This document shows, in pieces, positions 1 to 13,329 of a stretch of DNA of 64,000 nt (position 1 is its first letter; each line of letters opens with the position of its first letter). Made by a program: the position numbers and the translations under genes. The DNA lies in assembly GCA_002256025.1 (NCBI GenBank), contig NKIB01012973.1, forward strand, positions 1 to 64,000, written 5' to 3'. Below the pieces are notes generated by a model. It worked only from the letters and a program-made list of their open reading frames with translations, was not told the origin of the DNA and searched no databases. This DNA is from Asterionella formosa. Lineage: Eukaryota.

Positions 1-1736
1 TACCAACAAGCTACGATGAAGCAATGGCAAGACCAGACAAGAAAGAGTGGATCAAGGCGATCAACAAAGAATATGAAAACTTCCGGTCGAGAGGAGTGTG
101 GAAAGTTGTCAAACGTGATACTGTTAAGAAGCGAACACTAAAAACGAGATGGGTGTTTCGAATTAAAGAAGATGTGTTAACCGGGAAGACCATTTACAAG
201 GCAAGATTGGTCGTGAAGGGATATGAGCAAATCCCAGGTGTCTATTTTACTAAGACATTTGCTCCAGTTGCAAGCGATGCGACAATCAAAACGGTACTCG
301 CAGTGACGATGTACAACGGTTGGCGAGCGGAGGCTATTGATGTGGAAGCAGCATTTCTAAATGCTGATGTCAATGAGGAAATTTATAGTGAGCCCCCTCA
401 AGGTTTGATAGGAGTCGATTTCGATACACATGTTTGCAAGCTTGTTAAGGCTATGTACGGGATATTACAAGCTCCACGATGCTGGTCCAGGACGTTTGCG
501 AAATGTGTCACCAATAAACCAGGTATGACGAAGAGCAAGATCGACCCTATGTTATTTATGCACCGGAACAAGGATGGACAAATTGATGGTCTACTTGTTA
601 ATTACGTGGATGACGGTATTGTATGTGGGACTCCAAGTGCAGTGGAGTATATGAAAAATGTTATCAAGGAAGATTTCAATATTACCAAGCAGGGTATTCT
701 ACAGAAACACCTAGGAGTGGAATATGCTTGGAAAGAGGACGAGTATGGTGAATACTGGGAGGTGCAGATGCAGAAATTTCGTATGCAACTTCTACACGAA
801 TACGAGAAGTTGACCGGTATGAAAATTAAGTCGTACGCAACGCCGGGCGTACCAGGAAATACATTGAACAAGAATGACGGTGAAGTCATTATGGAAGGAG
901 AATATCGAAAAATTGTGGGCAAGTTACTATGGTCTACAAAGAAGGATTCGCCGGACTGTGCGAATGCGGTTCGGGAACTATCGGCTCATCTAAGCTGCCC
1001 AGGTGAAGAACAATGGCATGCAGTGGCAAGAGTCATTGGTTACCTATCCAATATGGAGGATATAGTTCTCAAGTTGCGTAAGCCAAAAGAGTTAAGAGTC
1101 ATTGCCTACGTGGACAGTGACTGGGCAGCTAATAAGGTTAACAGGAAGAGCACGACTGGCTATCTTGTTACTATTGGCGGGGCACTTATCAGTTGGCAGT
1201 CGAAGGGACAACAAACGGTTACGCTGTCCAGCACGGAAGCCGAGTATGTGGCGATGTCCCAGTGTGGACAAGAAATCAAGTTCATAGCAATGCTACTGAA
1301 TGAGGTTACTGGTGGTAAGGTCATGTTACCAAGTATCCTACGAGAAGACAATAAAGGAGCTATTTTTATCGCGAAGAATCAGCAAATCGGAACCAGGACA
1401 AAACATATTGATATTAAGTATCATCATGTAAAAGACATGATTGAGGATGAAGAATTGGAAGTCATTTTTATAAGGTCGGAAGATAATTTTGCGGACATTA
1501 TGACCAAGAACGTGAAGGAACAGATTCATACGAGATTGTCCGAACCAGTTCAGAGTGGAACGAAGTTACAGCCTCTTGAGCGTGGCAATGGGGAGGATGT
1601 CAAGAATATTAGCCTGAGTCACAAGGATTATGGACTCGATTGTAATCGAACGAGTCGAATATTGAATTGCCACCTCAATCAGTTGTCTAACGAAAAAAGA
1701 TTGAAGATTTCTATGGAAATGTTAAGTGGAAACTAA
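1..1736 (+). mobile_element. Ty1/Copia retrotransposon pol 3' part (RT + RNase H), open frame, 5'-truncated by window edge
   Basis: PTSYDEAM..W, YKARLVVKGY, DVEAAFLN, KAMYG..QAPR.W, catalytic YVDD, RNase H YVDSDWA / SSTEAEY / EDNKGA / RTKHIDIKYH / ADIMTK. No internal stop. Confidence 0.97.
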
Positions 1737-2006
1737 ACTCGAAAAGAGTCTTAGAACGACTTTGCAGGAAGCAAAGATGCATGGAAAGGGAACATTTAGT
1801 TTATTTTATAATTTAATTTGAGCTTTAGATTATCAACCGAGGAAACAGTGTGTTTATTGACAGGAAGGTCAATTAGTCTATCTAGCAGGAAGGCTAGAAG
1901 CAGAGACAAGAGAGAAAGTAAGTGGTACGAGGTAGTACTACGATCACGTAAGAGTCTACGTGAAGAGAGACCCAGCCCGCGGGAAGGAGTACGGACCATT
2001 TCAACA
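1598..2006 (+). mobile_element. Probable 3' LTR of the Copia element
   Basis: Polypurine tract GGGGAGGA (1590-1597) directly followed by TGTCAAG. Candidate end TTCAACA at 2006, where a separately duplicated flank begins. The 3' boundary is inferred. Confidence 0.65.
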
Positions 2007-3247
2007 TCTTCCAACATACTACCAGGTACTGTTGATGTTCACCATGGAATGACTTTATCAGAGTTATGCTGCAATATTCCTCTGCTACTCCCATTCATTC
2101 AATTCTTGGCCCACCATTATGGTCAACAGGTGATTATTCCCATGCATCTCAAATTAGCTAGCACAGATCTGCTGCAGCAATAATTTTCATCAATAATAAT
2201 CTCCAACCAACTCTAATGAATTGCTCATCAATTCATGTTATGGAGTAGAGTGTGCATGGTTCCCATTTCCATCCAATGGCTTGTTCCTCTGGCATTTGGC
2301 ATTGATATGGCACTGTCTGGGGTAAAATACTGTGCGATTTGGTTGCCATTTAAGAATCATATGGCAGCCTTTTCCATATTAGGCTTTGAAATATCTGTTG
2401 TGTTTCTGTGGTGCATTATATCTCCCCTGTCTGCTGTCTTTCCACTCAGTTGTGTTAGTGTGATGAAGTAAGATAGGATTGTTCAATATCCCCCTCTTCT
2501 CCCAAGAGGGAAGGTGAGCGCTGAGCCGACAAGGCAAGTGGAGTCCTTGGCTGTTGGGAGATGGAAGTAAAGGAACAACGAAGTAAGGAAGGAAGAAAGG
2601 AAGAAAACCCCTTTTTAGGCTCTTGTGGACGTTGTGAACGTCTTTTATACTCAGTACAGAGTAGATTGTGATGGGATGGGGGGCACAACCAAGTAGAGCA
2701 TGTATCCAACAGAAGTGGGTAGTGAAGACTTGCAACCAGCCATGACACACAGGTGGCGGTTTGCAACAATGCTGGAGTGCCACTATGGGCAGCGAAGGTC
2801 CGCCAGAAAATGCCTTTAACAGCAAACTTATGGTGCGCAACGTTTCAACATGTTGACGATTTGTATGTAGCAGCACTTGCTTCTGTAGGACAACGAAGCC
2901 CTTCACAGAAGTATGTTGGGTCCAAGGCAAAGGAGCGGTAAGGTCTGATAAACTAGTAAGCAAAATATAAACAAGCGTTGAACATATCACGACGAAAGCA
3001 TGTGCCGCCGGACACAGAGAAATACAGTTACCAATTGTTTACTTCTACTTATGTGTGCTCTATAAATTCATTACATTCCTTGCTGGGTCACCATACTGAA
3101 AGTAGCAGTACGCTGTCTGTCATAAATCCAGATATCGAAGTACTGGCACATACATACAAGTTGGACATATGCATCTTCCAACATATTACTGTTGATGTTC
3201 ACCATTGAATGACTTTATCAGAGGTATGCTGCAATATTCCTCTGCTA
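2005..3247 (+). repeat. Imperfect direct repeat (~80 bp) at 2005-2087 and 3172-3247
   Basis: Both copies read catcttccaacata...tactgttgatgttcacca..gaatgactttatcagag.tatgctgcaatattcctctgcta. Confidence 0.85.
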
Positions 3248-3288
3248 TAAAACAAGAATGGACAAAAGCTACTCTGTATACTATACAG

Positions 3289-4038
3289 CAGAGGTCGGTG
3301 AAAGTATACTGCAGTATTAGATACTGATACTGCTCCAGACGCAATATCAGTATACCATTATACTGTCATTCTGTATTCCAAATACCATACTGTTCCAAAA
3401 TTTTGCCAATATACTGGTCTAGCCTGCTAGTATAATGCTATGTAGGAATCTTCAGAAAATCCGGCATGTCTTGCAGCATTGGAGAGCGAAATTCCGTTCA
3501 ATGCTTGGGCTATTAAACAACATCAAAATAGAAAAAATCGTCATATTATAGAAATTATATTTGTCTTGACCTCCTCCTTGGTACTTCTGTTAGTTGTGAA
3601 AGGCTCTTTTCCATTGCCAAGCACATTCTTGTGTGAGGAAGTCAACATCACCTGCCTGCTGTGTTTGAAGCGATGATATTTCTAGAAATGAATAGACATT
3701 ACTCGAATGAGGTTGTGGTCAGTAAAGCAATGGGTAAGACTATCACATTAGAGATGGATGATGATCATGTACATTAACATGATTGAACCAAAGCACTTAA
3801 GTAGCTGCCATTATTGCCTGCTGCATCCTTTGTTATTGGCCGAAAAAAATTGCGCACGAGCGCGCATGACTGAGTGACAAAAAGAATACTGATTTGGAAG
3901 CAGTATCAGTATACTGGTATACTGTCATTTCAATATTTAAATAATAAACTGTTCGCCAAGTGAATACAGTATACCAATATACTGACATTCTCTAAAAAAG
4001 CCCGCAGTATTACTGCAGTATAATATCACCGACCTATG
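3289..4038. mobile_element. Non-autonomous hAT-like TIR element (MITE, 750 bp)
   Basis: Left end CAGAGGTCGGTGAAAGTATACTGCAGTA vs reverse complement of right end CATAGGTCGGTGATATTATACTGCAGTA. 8-bp TSD ctatacag / ctgtacag. Many subterminal CAGTAT/ATACTG motifs. Confidence 0.85.
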
Positions 4039-5102
4039 CTGTACAGTATATCTGAGTATGGGAGAAAACGAAGCTACATGTCATGAAATCAGGTATTTAT
4101 TGGTTGACAGAAAACCCGGAAACAGTTTGAATTTCATTACGATAAATCTCGTGCTATCAAAATGACGATGGTGATGCCGTTTTCTTCCTAGATAATAGTA
4201 ATTCATTCTCCCCTTTTTCGGATATGCTCAATCATATCATTGCTTAGAGCGTGAGCTATTTTAATGGCTCGTAGATGACTTGTGTGTAGTGAAATCCATA
4301 ATTTTACATATTTAGTGTAATGACTCGATTCGGTTGAGTCAAAGCACGAGAAAACTATTAGGGAAATGTATAGGCAAGCAATATATTTACCGGTTAAATT
4401 GCTTTGCTATATAATCATCATTTATGTAGTCAAATAGATTCAAGATGGTTCATTTGTTACCGGGATGCCAAGTCTATTCGCTTGTCATATGTCGAACAAC
4501 CCAGTGGGCTTGCCACCATTCTTATCACTGCAGGAAGGAGAGTCTGTTTTTATATTGGGCAATGCCATGATGACGCAACAATCAGTCAAGAGTTGGCTGA
4601 ACGTGTCAAGAGGAGCCGCAAGGTGGAAGCGAGCACAAGCTCTTGGTACTTCATTGTTGGTTTCTTGGTTCTTTGTTCTACAATGACAACATTTTAGAGA
4701 AATTTTCTTGCCTAGCTAGCGGTTGGTTCATTCATCACATTCTGATCATTTCATTGGTGCTAGTCCTCACCTTGAGTTTTTATGTTGCTTGGCTTGCTTG
4801 GTCGTTGCTTCTGAAAAGATTGAAGAGTAATTGGCTCTATAAACTTCGTATGCATAATTTTGTTGCATCCATCATGTTTTTATCAAAAACACACCGTATA
4901 GAGCAAGAAAGAAAACTAGGGGCGATTTTCGATCATACAGAAATTGCCAACCATCAGAAATATTTCTTCCGATGGAGTGCTGAGCAGCTATCAATTCTTA
5001 CTGCATTTGGAGAGTTCCTGGTTGGATGTATTGTTCATTAAATCAGGGATTGTTTGAGATCCATTTCCTATAAATCTCTGTCAAGCTATCATTTCGGAAA
5101 TC

Positions 5103-6180
5103 ATGTCAAAACATATTCCGGAGCTCTTTCAGGCTGAGGCTCCCTCTGCATCTGACAGTGAATGCGACAAGGGAGTCTCTATTCCTGGAGCAGAGAACAG
5201 CGATTTCCTCTGGAGTAGTGAGGATGAAAGTCTCATTTTATCAACTGATGGCAAGAAAAACATTTCGACTATTTCTAACAACAAGGAAATCGAAACAAAC
5301 ATTCAATCTGAGTTGGACAAATGTAGAAAGGAGATTGAAGAGCTTTGCAAAGTTACAGAGAAGCGAAGAATTCAACTTTCTGGTGGCAATGGCATTGGAA
5401 GAGACAAGCATTGGACCCGAAATGTCGGTCAATCGGTCAAGCTGGAGCTTTTCCCTAAAGTCAAGTTTATCACAGGTGATATTGACCATGGTGAAAGGGG
5501 ACCTAGTACTAGTCTGGCACTCTAATTTCGTGCTCACTTCCCAAGGCTGCTCATGGGAACTGACAAGGACTTCGAGTCTATTTGACAGACATATAAGAAT
5601 GATATAAATAAAGTTATGTGTGAAAAGGGAAATGCCATTGTTACCAGCACTCTCAAACATGCCTTTACTAGTAACTAAACAACTTGACTTTGTATTCCTG
5701 ATTTCTTCTTGACTTGTTAAACATACTTTTTGTTTACTAACAAATCATTCCATTCCAATCTACAAATCTTCAGGACTATTTTGTTATGATATGTACATTC
5801 ATCTGAATCAGCATACCATCTCCGACAGCCACTCTGTTTGTATTCAGGAGACAGCTGATGAAGAAGGAGCCAAGAATCATTCTTTATTCCTTCTAGCTGA
5901 GCACTTTTATTACAGTGTTGGGCGAAAGCTGTCTTGGAAATGTTAGTGTGCTAAGAATCATGTCAGTGACCTTGTAAGTGTTTCTGACAAGGTCTTTTCC
6001 TTGTTGGCCTTGGATAACTGTTGGGATGTGTTGTTGCATAAGGCAATGATTCATGAAGGGTAATGAAGATGATGCTCCTCCACCAAAATAACTTTATGCA
6101 GGTACTGGAGGACAGGGAAAGAGTTATGGGGGCTGGGACGCAAAGGGATATACTAGGTTCAACCGTCTTTATGAGCTACT
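5103..6180 (+). pseudogene. Decayed hypothetical protein gene, probably TE-associated
   Basis: ORF 5103-5525 with VKLELFPKVKFI. Frameshifted downstream blocks VSDLVSVSDKVFSLLALDNCW and GGWDAKGYTRFNRLYE resemble, from memory, a recurrent diatom hypothetical family. Multiple stops. Confidence 0.45.
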
Positions 6181-6841
6181 TTGCTTCTTTTTCTATATTT
6201 TACTTGCTAGAGTTATCACTGTAAACTATTTGTAGCCGCTCCAAAAAGGAGAAGGCCATTGCGGCACATCTCAATTTCGACTCACTATGGCAACATGCAT
6301 TGAAGGTTAAAATCGTGTGAAAAATGCCCCTAAGCTAAATAATACCGGTTTATACAAGTGCTACCTTGGGTACCCTGAACAGCATGAGTCCAGCGACCAG
6401 CATGCATACAGTGGTAGCTATGGTATATAATAGTAATAGATTTGTTATGTATGATGATACTAGCATGCAAATATTTCAAATCCTAATTGATGTAGAACCA
6501 TTCATTATTGGTTGTTTTCATCACTTCGGCCAGAAAACGAGAACCATTTTGAGTTTGGAGATAATAAAGCAACGTAAGCAAGACTTGCTTCCTTTGCTTA
6601 CTTTTGCTTCGGGCTGCCCTTTATTGCCCCAATCATTGTCATTTTCTTTTTTCAGCCATTTGCCTCGTTTTGAGATTTCCGTGTTTCGACGAAATAATTA
6701 TTTACATCCCTAATTACAAGTCGTGGTACTGTGGACTCAAAGAGAAAGGAATTGATGATGTCTCTATTTAGTCTTTTTGAGCGCCTGTCCTGCGTCACGT
6801 TGCCCATTTCAGCATTTCTATTACTTTGTGTACCTCTTACT

Positions 6842-6939
6842 CCTGGTACCTGGTACCCTGGTACCCTGGTACCAGGTACCAGGGGTACCAGGTTCCAGGG
6901 GTACCTGACGGTACCGGTACTCCAGGTACGTACTGGTAC
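6842..6939. repeat. GGTACC-based (CCAGGTA/CCTGGTA) quasi-palindromic tract
   Basis: cctggtacctggtaccctggtaccctggtaccaggtaccaggggtaccagg...ggtaccggtac. Confidence 0.9.
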
Positions 6940-6979
6940 ATCCCACTTTGATGCCTCCTGAGGGTGAGAGGAACAAGAG

Positions 6980-7042
6980 GAGCGAGGAGCGAGGAGCGAG
7001 GAGCGAGGAGCGAGGAGCGAGGAGCGAGGAGCGAGGAGCGAG
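6980..7042 (+). repeat. (GAGCGAG)9 heptamer tandem repeat
   Basis: Nine perfect units ~150 bp upstream of the uL23 start. Confidence 0.95.
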
Positions 7043-7193
7043 GAATTGAATAAATCACAATTTCAGGGAAGGAAGCGAAAAAAGCAACACCGGCATCCCC
7101 TTTTGTTACCAACAGCATTATCCACAATTGCAATACTGCAGTTGCTGAGCAAGGCAAGCGTAGGAACTCAGATATTAAAGCACCAAGAATACT

Positions 7194-7580
7194 ATGAGTT
7201 CTGTTGGGCGTATCGGAAAGGGCTTTCGCATGTGGATGCCCAACATGCCCATGGTCTTAACTTCAGCGAGGGACCGAACAGCGTTTCTACCAGCCAGGGC
7301 AACCTTTCGTGTTCTTCCACGGATGACGAAGCACGAGATCGCTGAGTACTTGATTAAGATATACAAGCTTCCAGTCGTTAAGGTCAACACCATCAACTAT
7401 TTGGGAAAATGGAAGAGGGTGACAAGCACTCGAAAAGCAATATCGTTCAAATACAAGGATTTCAAGAAGGCGTATGTCTCCTTCGACAAATCTCTCAAAA
7501 CAGTTGGGATCGGAACGAGACTACTTGATATGGAGGAAATGAAGAGAAGCGACGACGCCCTCCAAATTTCGGACTCCTAA
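7194..7580 (+). CDS. MRPL23: Ribosomal protein L23, probably mitochondrial (uL23m)
   Basis: ATFRV.PRMTKHEIAEYL..IYKLPVVKVNTINYLGK.KR...KDFKKAYV is the L23 signature. The N-terminal 'WMPN..MVL' resembles mitochondrial forms. Confidence 0.88.
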   Translation: MSSVGRIGKGFRMWMPNMPMVLTSARDRTAFLPARATFRVLPRMTKHEIAEYLIKIYKLPVVKVNTINYLGKWKRVTSTRKAISFKYKDFKKAYVSFDKSLKTVGIGTRLLDMEEMKRSDDALQISDS

Positions 7581-9192
7581 AGGAGTTTTGATACTGAATT
7601 AGCTTGACCATCAGGAATGAACGTATGCCAATTACAATGAACCGAAATTGAGAATGCCAATGCTACTAAATTTACAGTTCGAAGTAGCTAAAATTATAAT
7701 AATAGAATTTGCCTTCCCTTACCGCTCTGGATCTGGAATAAATCTGTGGAAAGACGTTGACATAGTCTATGTCACGTGATTGACTTCCTAAGGTACGTCC
7801 TCGATCTCGTCTGCCCAGGTTCCCAAATGCTCGATCCAGCTGGTCCCCGCCTCTAAATTCCATCATCTGATGAAAATTTCCAAGCTTCGTGGGCACAAAC
7901 CCTAGCGTGCTACGTAATTAAAAGCCGCCAGTTTTCGAAGAAGTAATGATTCTGAAGAAATTTCATTTCCCCCATGAGGAGCGCTCCAATTAATCCAAAT
8001 AATTTGTGCCCTCCTCAAGGGAAAAAAGTGCTTTTTATGTTCAGTGTATGACTTTATGCAAGTGATAAAACTTGATAAGAAATTGAATGTGCAATTTAGC
8101 CTGTACTTTATATGCTACGTTCGATCCCATCATTCAAGATTAGGTAAGAATCGCATAACATGGAGGGAAGCAACCAATAATCCCTCGCTGTGCATCGTTC
8201 CTTCTAGCAACACTGAATTGGCATATAAGCAAGCTTTCGAAAACAAAGATATATTGTACTAAGCCTTACTTCGAGAATGCTACACGTTTGCTCATTGCCA
8301 ACAGCCAAAACTCTGGTAGAAAATCGCCGCTGTAAACCTGCTGCTTGTTTACATAATTTTATGCTATGCAACTTAAGGCGTGTTTTCGTCAATGGTCATC
8401 ATGAATCCGTTGATAGTCACCAGAAGCACAGAAGGAACAAGGCGTCTGGCCGCGTCAAAAATTGTTACCTTGAGAATCCCTTGACTCTCACACTCCTTCC
8501 TCTAGTCGCTCCAGAAATGCAGTGAATGTCGATGGCAAACCCTCAATCAAGAGCAACTCCATAAACATCAATTGCTTTGGCCAAACTTCCACTTCAGCAT
8601 CGCAACTAGCATTGCACTCCTGTAAAATAAGCTCTGACGCAGTGATAGAACCACCTCCAGACTTCACTTGCAAGACAACACATTGGATGTTGAATCAACA
8701 AGTAATACCTGTCTTCTATTGTGTCTGTAAGGCAACAATGTGAAGGAAGACAAGCAACAAGGGAGGTCCAATCGATTGAAAACCAGATCATTATTATAGC
8801 ATCGCCACCGCATCGACCAAATACCAAAGCCAATGTTGCAGTTGAAAGTATCAGAGCACTCAGACCACCTCACTTGGTCAAGGATTCTTTTATCAATAGT
8901 CGGTACTAGCCGCCTAGACAAGTCATTCACTCCTATACTAGTATTGTTACATGTGGTGGTGGTGGTGATGGCTATTTACTGGGATCCCTCGGGGAACCAT
9001 TACTTCTAAATTTGCTAAGGGGCAAATGTTGAGCACTACACAGCCACCAGCGGAAATCATGTATGTACCGGTATTTGGTATTGATTGACGAAAAAGCGAT
9101 AATTGGAAATTTCGTTATATTCATTTCTATTCATACCGCTGCCCACAAATTGATCCCTCTAGTCTATTTTGATTTTGCCTTTTTCCCAGACA

Positions 9193-10739
9193 ATGGCATT
9201 ACAAACCTTTAACTGGTGCTCAGTATGCAACTATATATTTCGGAAGAACAAATCTCCCTCTGACTTTCACAATCGAAACTGCAACAATTGACAATTTTAT
9301 GATTTTGGTTTGTGCCATCACAGCTTGGAAGAACACCGCATTTCTGGAATTTGCAATCAAACTATGTATTGTGGCGGGAAACTATCATGTGATTTAAATG
9401 AAACAGAAAAGTCAGGTGTCTCTTCCTCATTTCCCAATGTTCGTATTTCTGATACTTTGCACATGGAAGAATCTGCTTCACAATTAGATGACCAGAATTT
9501 ATTATTTCCATTCTATGATGAAAGCATTGCATTGACTTCAATACATCAGGGCAAAGTGAAGAAGAAACAGAATTGTCAGAAAATTATTGGGCTGGATAAT
9601 GATACTGGATAATGATACTATGCATTATTCTGAGTACCAAGATCGAAGTGGGTTCATTCCCAAGGAATCTATGAAGATTCCTTGACCTGTTCAATTTCAA
9701 CTTCCCAAAAAACATTTACTAAACATGCATCCAATCGAATTAGAACTCATGTTATTCCTAAACGAGAACTATCTACCACCAATGTATTTCAATCATCTTA
9801 TGAAATGGTTACTCAAAGCACAGAGAATGAAATATTGTCATGGAAAGAATCAAGCTCCTTCATACCAAACTTTGAAAAAAATGGATGATTCATTGATTCA
9901 TTTCTGCCAAGGTTAACAGGTGGTGAACTGTTGATAAAAGAAATTCTTCTTGAGAATAATGGAATACTCTCTATTCCCTACATTACTTTGAACCAGTACA
10001 ACTCATGTCATCATTGTTACGTGATCCTGACATCATGGAACATTTTATATGTCATCCACAAAGGAAGCTTACAAACTGCAGAAAACAAATATATGACGAA
10101 GTTATCTCTGCTACTTGGTTTGAAAATGCATTCAACAATTCAAAAGCTACGGAAAACGGAGCTTTAAAGCCTGGGCATTTGTTTGTGGCATTGACTGTCT
10201 TTAGTGACAGTTCACCTATTGATAAACAAATGAAGCACTCAGAACATCCATTCTTACTAACAATCTTAAACTTAATGTTGGAAGGAAGGAAGAAAGTTGA
10301 TGCGTGGCAACTCGTGTCATTATTACCAGATATCGAAGTTAGTGACTTGGAGAAACTAATGGACACTAAGAAGTCAGGTAATGATATCTCTCTTTCTCAA
10401 CTGAAGTTATATCATGCTGTTACTGGATTTTTATTAGAAACTTTTCAAGATCCAAACGAATTCTATGATATATGGGTGCATGGTCTGGGGTATACAAAAG
10501 TTTATTTCCTATATGGAATGGTAGTTGGAGATATGGAGGAACATTGTAAAATTTGCGGTTTCTGTGGAGGTAATGGATTATATCGACAACATGTTTGCCA
10601 AGATTGCTCCGTACATACAGAAGATGCTGACAATCCGGATATACATATACTTTATTCATATGTATGTTATTTATATAGAACATTTTACTTAAGCTTAAAT
10701 TATGTTGTACTGGTAGCCAGAATTATTTTGTACCAGTAG
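9193..10739 (+). mobile_element. Plavaka-like transposase pseudogene
   Basis: ORF 10005-10739 has FSDSS.ID...S.HP...T..N....R....W.LV.LLP, LYH....LL, VVGD.EEHCKICG and CQDC, matching the Plavaka-family pattern. The upstream part is broken by stops and frameshifts. Confidence 0.65.
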
Positions 10740-10883
10740 CTACGATGGCTACCCAATTTAGTTTCATGATGCATCCAGCCATATAGACATAACTTTGAAA
10801 TGACCTAATCAAGATTCCATAGAATATGCTCAACGACATGAAGTACCACCTGGTACATACATGAAAGTCAGTACAGAAAAGGG

Positions 10884-10982
10884 TTGAGGTATTTCTTGCA
10901 TTTTGAGCTGTTGCGCTCCTTCCGCGATTTCTATTGCTCAAGTTTTCTCATCTATTTGTACAAAAGATAGAAATAATTATCT
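10884..10982. repeat. Dispersed repeat, inverted copy at 30422-30519
   Basis: ttgaggtatttcttgcat...caagttttctcatctatttgtacaaaagatag..ataattatct matches the reverse complement of 30422-30519. Confidence 0.85.
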
Positions 10983-11695
10983 TTTGTACAGGAGTGATCA
11001 AGCTAGTCTCCATGGACTCAAAGATGTCTCGTTTTTGTTCGTTGCATCAAACTGAGCAAACGACGATCAAAAACAACTTCTAGCGGCGATTTCAACTTTT
11101 TGTTGTCAATATTGGTGTAAATAATTTTATTATTGAGCGATTACTTCCTCTATGATAGTCTACATATACGTAAGAAGTAATGATTGTTCATCGTGAATAT
11201 TGAGGGACCATTAGAACCGCAGCAACCTATTTGTTCAACGCAAATTGTAACAATTACATTAGCTGTAATCTATAAAAAGAAATATAGAACCAATTTTAGT
11301 CATACTTGCTGGTGCCCTTGCTATTGCTGTGTATGTATGTATGTTTTATATATTGTTAGCTTGTTTTTGTAATATATACTCCTGTTTATCTTCGTCTTTA
11401 TAATTGAGTCACTGTGTCCATTGAAAATCAATCTGTTGCTTATCATGAAATCTAAACAGAAATAGACATTACAAACTTACATAGAAAAATGATATAAAAA
11501 TTGATTGATTTGCCAGATATTCAGTCAGAAATAGCGATAACGCATTCCCTGGACTAACTCATTGTGCATTTTCCGACAATTTTGTGCAAAAAGTGTAGGG
11601 GACCGTCCAATAATCTTGCTGATGGTGCGGGCTAAAGAGGCGCGTGTGTTGTCACGATTTGTGTAGTTAGAACGGTTATTATCTACCATATTGAC

Positions 11696-11890
11696 TTACA
11701 TCACATTCTTGGCAACATGTTGAGTATTAAGGTAAAATAGCCCACGTTCTGACTGTTTGAATACTCTAACAGATCCATTTGGTTTGTTTACCGCAAACTC
11801 ATTTCCATCGTTGCTGTTGTAGGTGATCTGATATCTGTGTTCTTTCATCCAATGAGCCAGAGATAGAGTATTGGCAAATGTACTTGTATT
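11696..11890 (-). mobile_element. CoDi-like Copia pol fragment (protease / pre-integrase region)
   Basis: ANTLSLA...YQITYNS.DG..FAV.KPNG..RVF..SERGLFYLN. Confidence 0.7.
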
Positions 11891-12964
11891 GTTGCATTGT
11901 GTATGTGTGCTATATATTATCGCGTAAAGGTTGCCTGCGACACGAAATTGCGAAAAATTAAGTTTTTCACGCACGTCTACTCCTTTGCGCCGGCATCACC
12001 TGTGAACTGTTCTTGGACTAGAAAACTACTAGTTTAGCATCCCAAAATAATTATTTAATATGGCTTCGAAGTCATTATTCTTTTGCTCATGCGCCATAAT
12101 AAAGAAAAAGTTCACATGTGGAAAACGTCAAATTGGAAGTCCTGGCGCGCCCCAATGGATAGTACGAAATTTAAGAAGTTGTATACAACAATCACCCACA
12201 TCACCAATCATTATGACCTTAAAAAAACTTCGAAAAGGCAAAGCCTTGCCTCGAAAGAATTTTCCTTCTGAATAGCTCGATAGCATTCCTATTTGCCTTA
12301 AAAATTTGATTAGGAAGCTAGAAGCTAAGACGGCTAACAATGGGGGAAATGCGTTACGGTGTTATTTCTGGGATAGTAAAAGCTAAGCATTGCATGTTCC
12401 CTTAGATATCTGTCAACCAAGTGAAAAAACGAAGTGAGTATACTACTATGTATACTTCTCCTTCCTTAATGCAGGCATCAACAGCAACCATGTCTACATT
12501 GACACCTTACCAGTATGAACCTACTAAACCACTTTTATTGAATGCCGATGGCAGCGTTGCCTTGCTATTTCCCAGTAACCTCATTCGCAATTCATATGAA
12601 GTTGCTTAGGAGGAAGAGGATGGGAAATCCCATAAGAAAGGATTCACGAAAAAAATTGCACAGTTAGCTAGCTACTAGTCACAGCAAAGAAGGGAGTAAA
12701 ATTCGAGAGTAAAGTTGCTAATTGGTGTACGTACCAGTCGCTCTGATCAACAAAGAAGTCTATAAAGAAATGGTGGCTGGAGGGGAAGTTGCAAGACGAA
12801 ATCCAAGGAAACAGTGGTACTCCAAAAAAGGGTTAGTAGTTGAGGAGCAGTATGCATTTGGGTTCTTAGTAAGTGAATACTTTATGTTTCGTGGTGGATC
12901 TTCGTTCGCCTGGTTGCTCGTGCGTGTTGAGCTAATGTGATTCTTTCTCGATTTCCATTTTTTA

Positions 12965-13329
12965 CATCCTGTAGTTGCTTTGATGATATATAGTGACTTT
13001 TGTGGATTGTCCGGTTGATTTAGAATCGATACGAACTCTTGATCTGATGATTGAAATTTTTTTTGCTTGTCTGTCTTTTCATTATAATTCCTTGCTGATT
13101 ACCAGTTATAAAGTATTTGCCTGCTTCAGTCCTTCTAGCTAGGAGTGACTCCAGCTCTATTTCCTGTTAGGTGGCCGCTCTTAGCTAGTTTGTCTTTTTG
13201 AGGTTCGCCTGGTGGTTGTGTACGTGTGTGATGAAGCCCATGTTATGTCTTTGTCGATATCCACCCATTATCATCCTGTAGTTGCTTTGATGCTAGAAAT
13301 GACTCTTGTTTTTTGCTTGGTCGATTTAG
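12965..13329 (+). repeat. Imperfect direct repeat (~58 bp) at 12965-13023 and 13272-13329
   Basis: catcctgtagttgctttgatg...tgact.ttgt...g..gatttag occurs twice. Confidence 0.75.

Noticed and set aside
6842..7042. CRISPR array
   Set aside because: Short tandem units without unique spacers, eukaryotic context and no cas genes.
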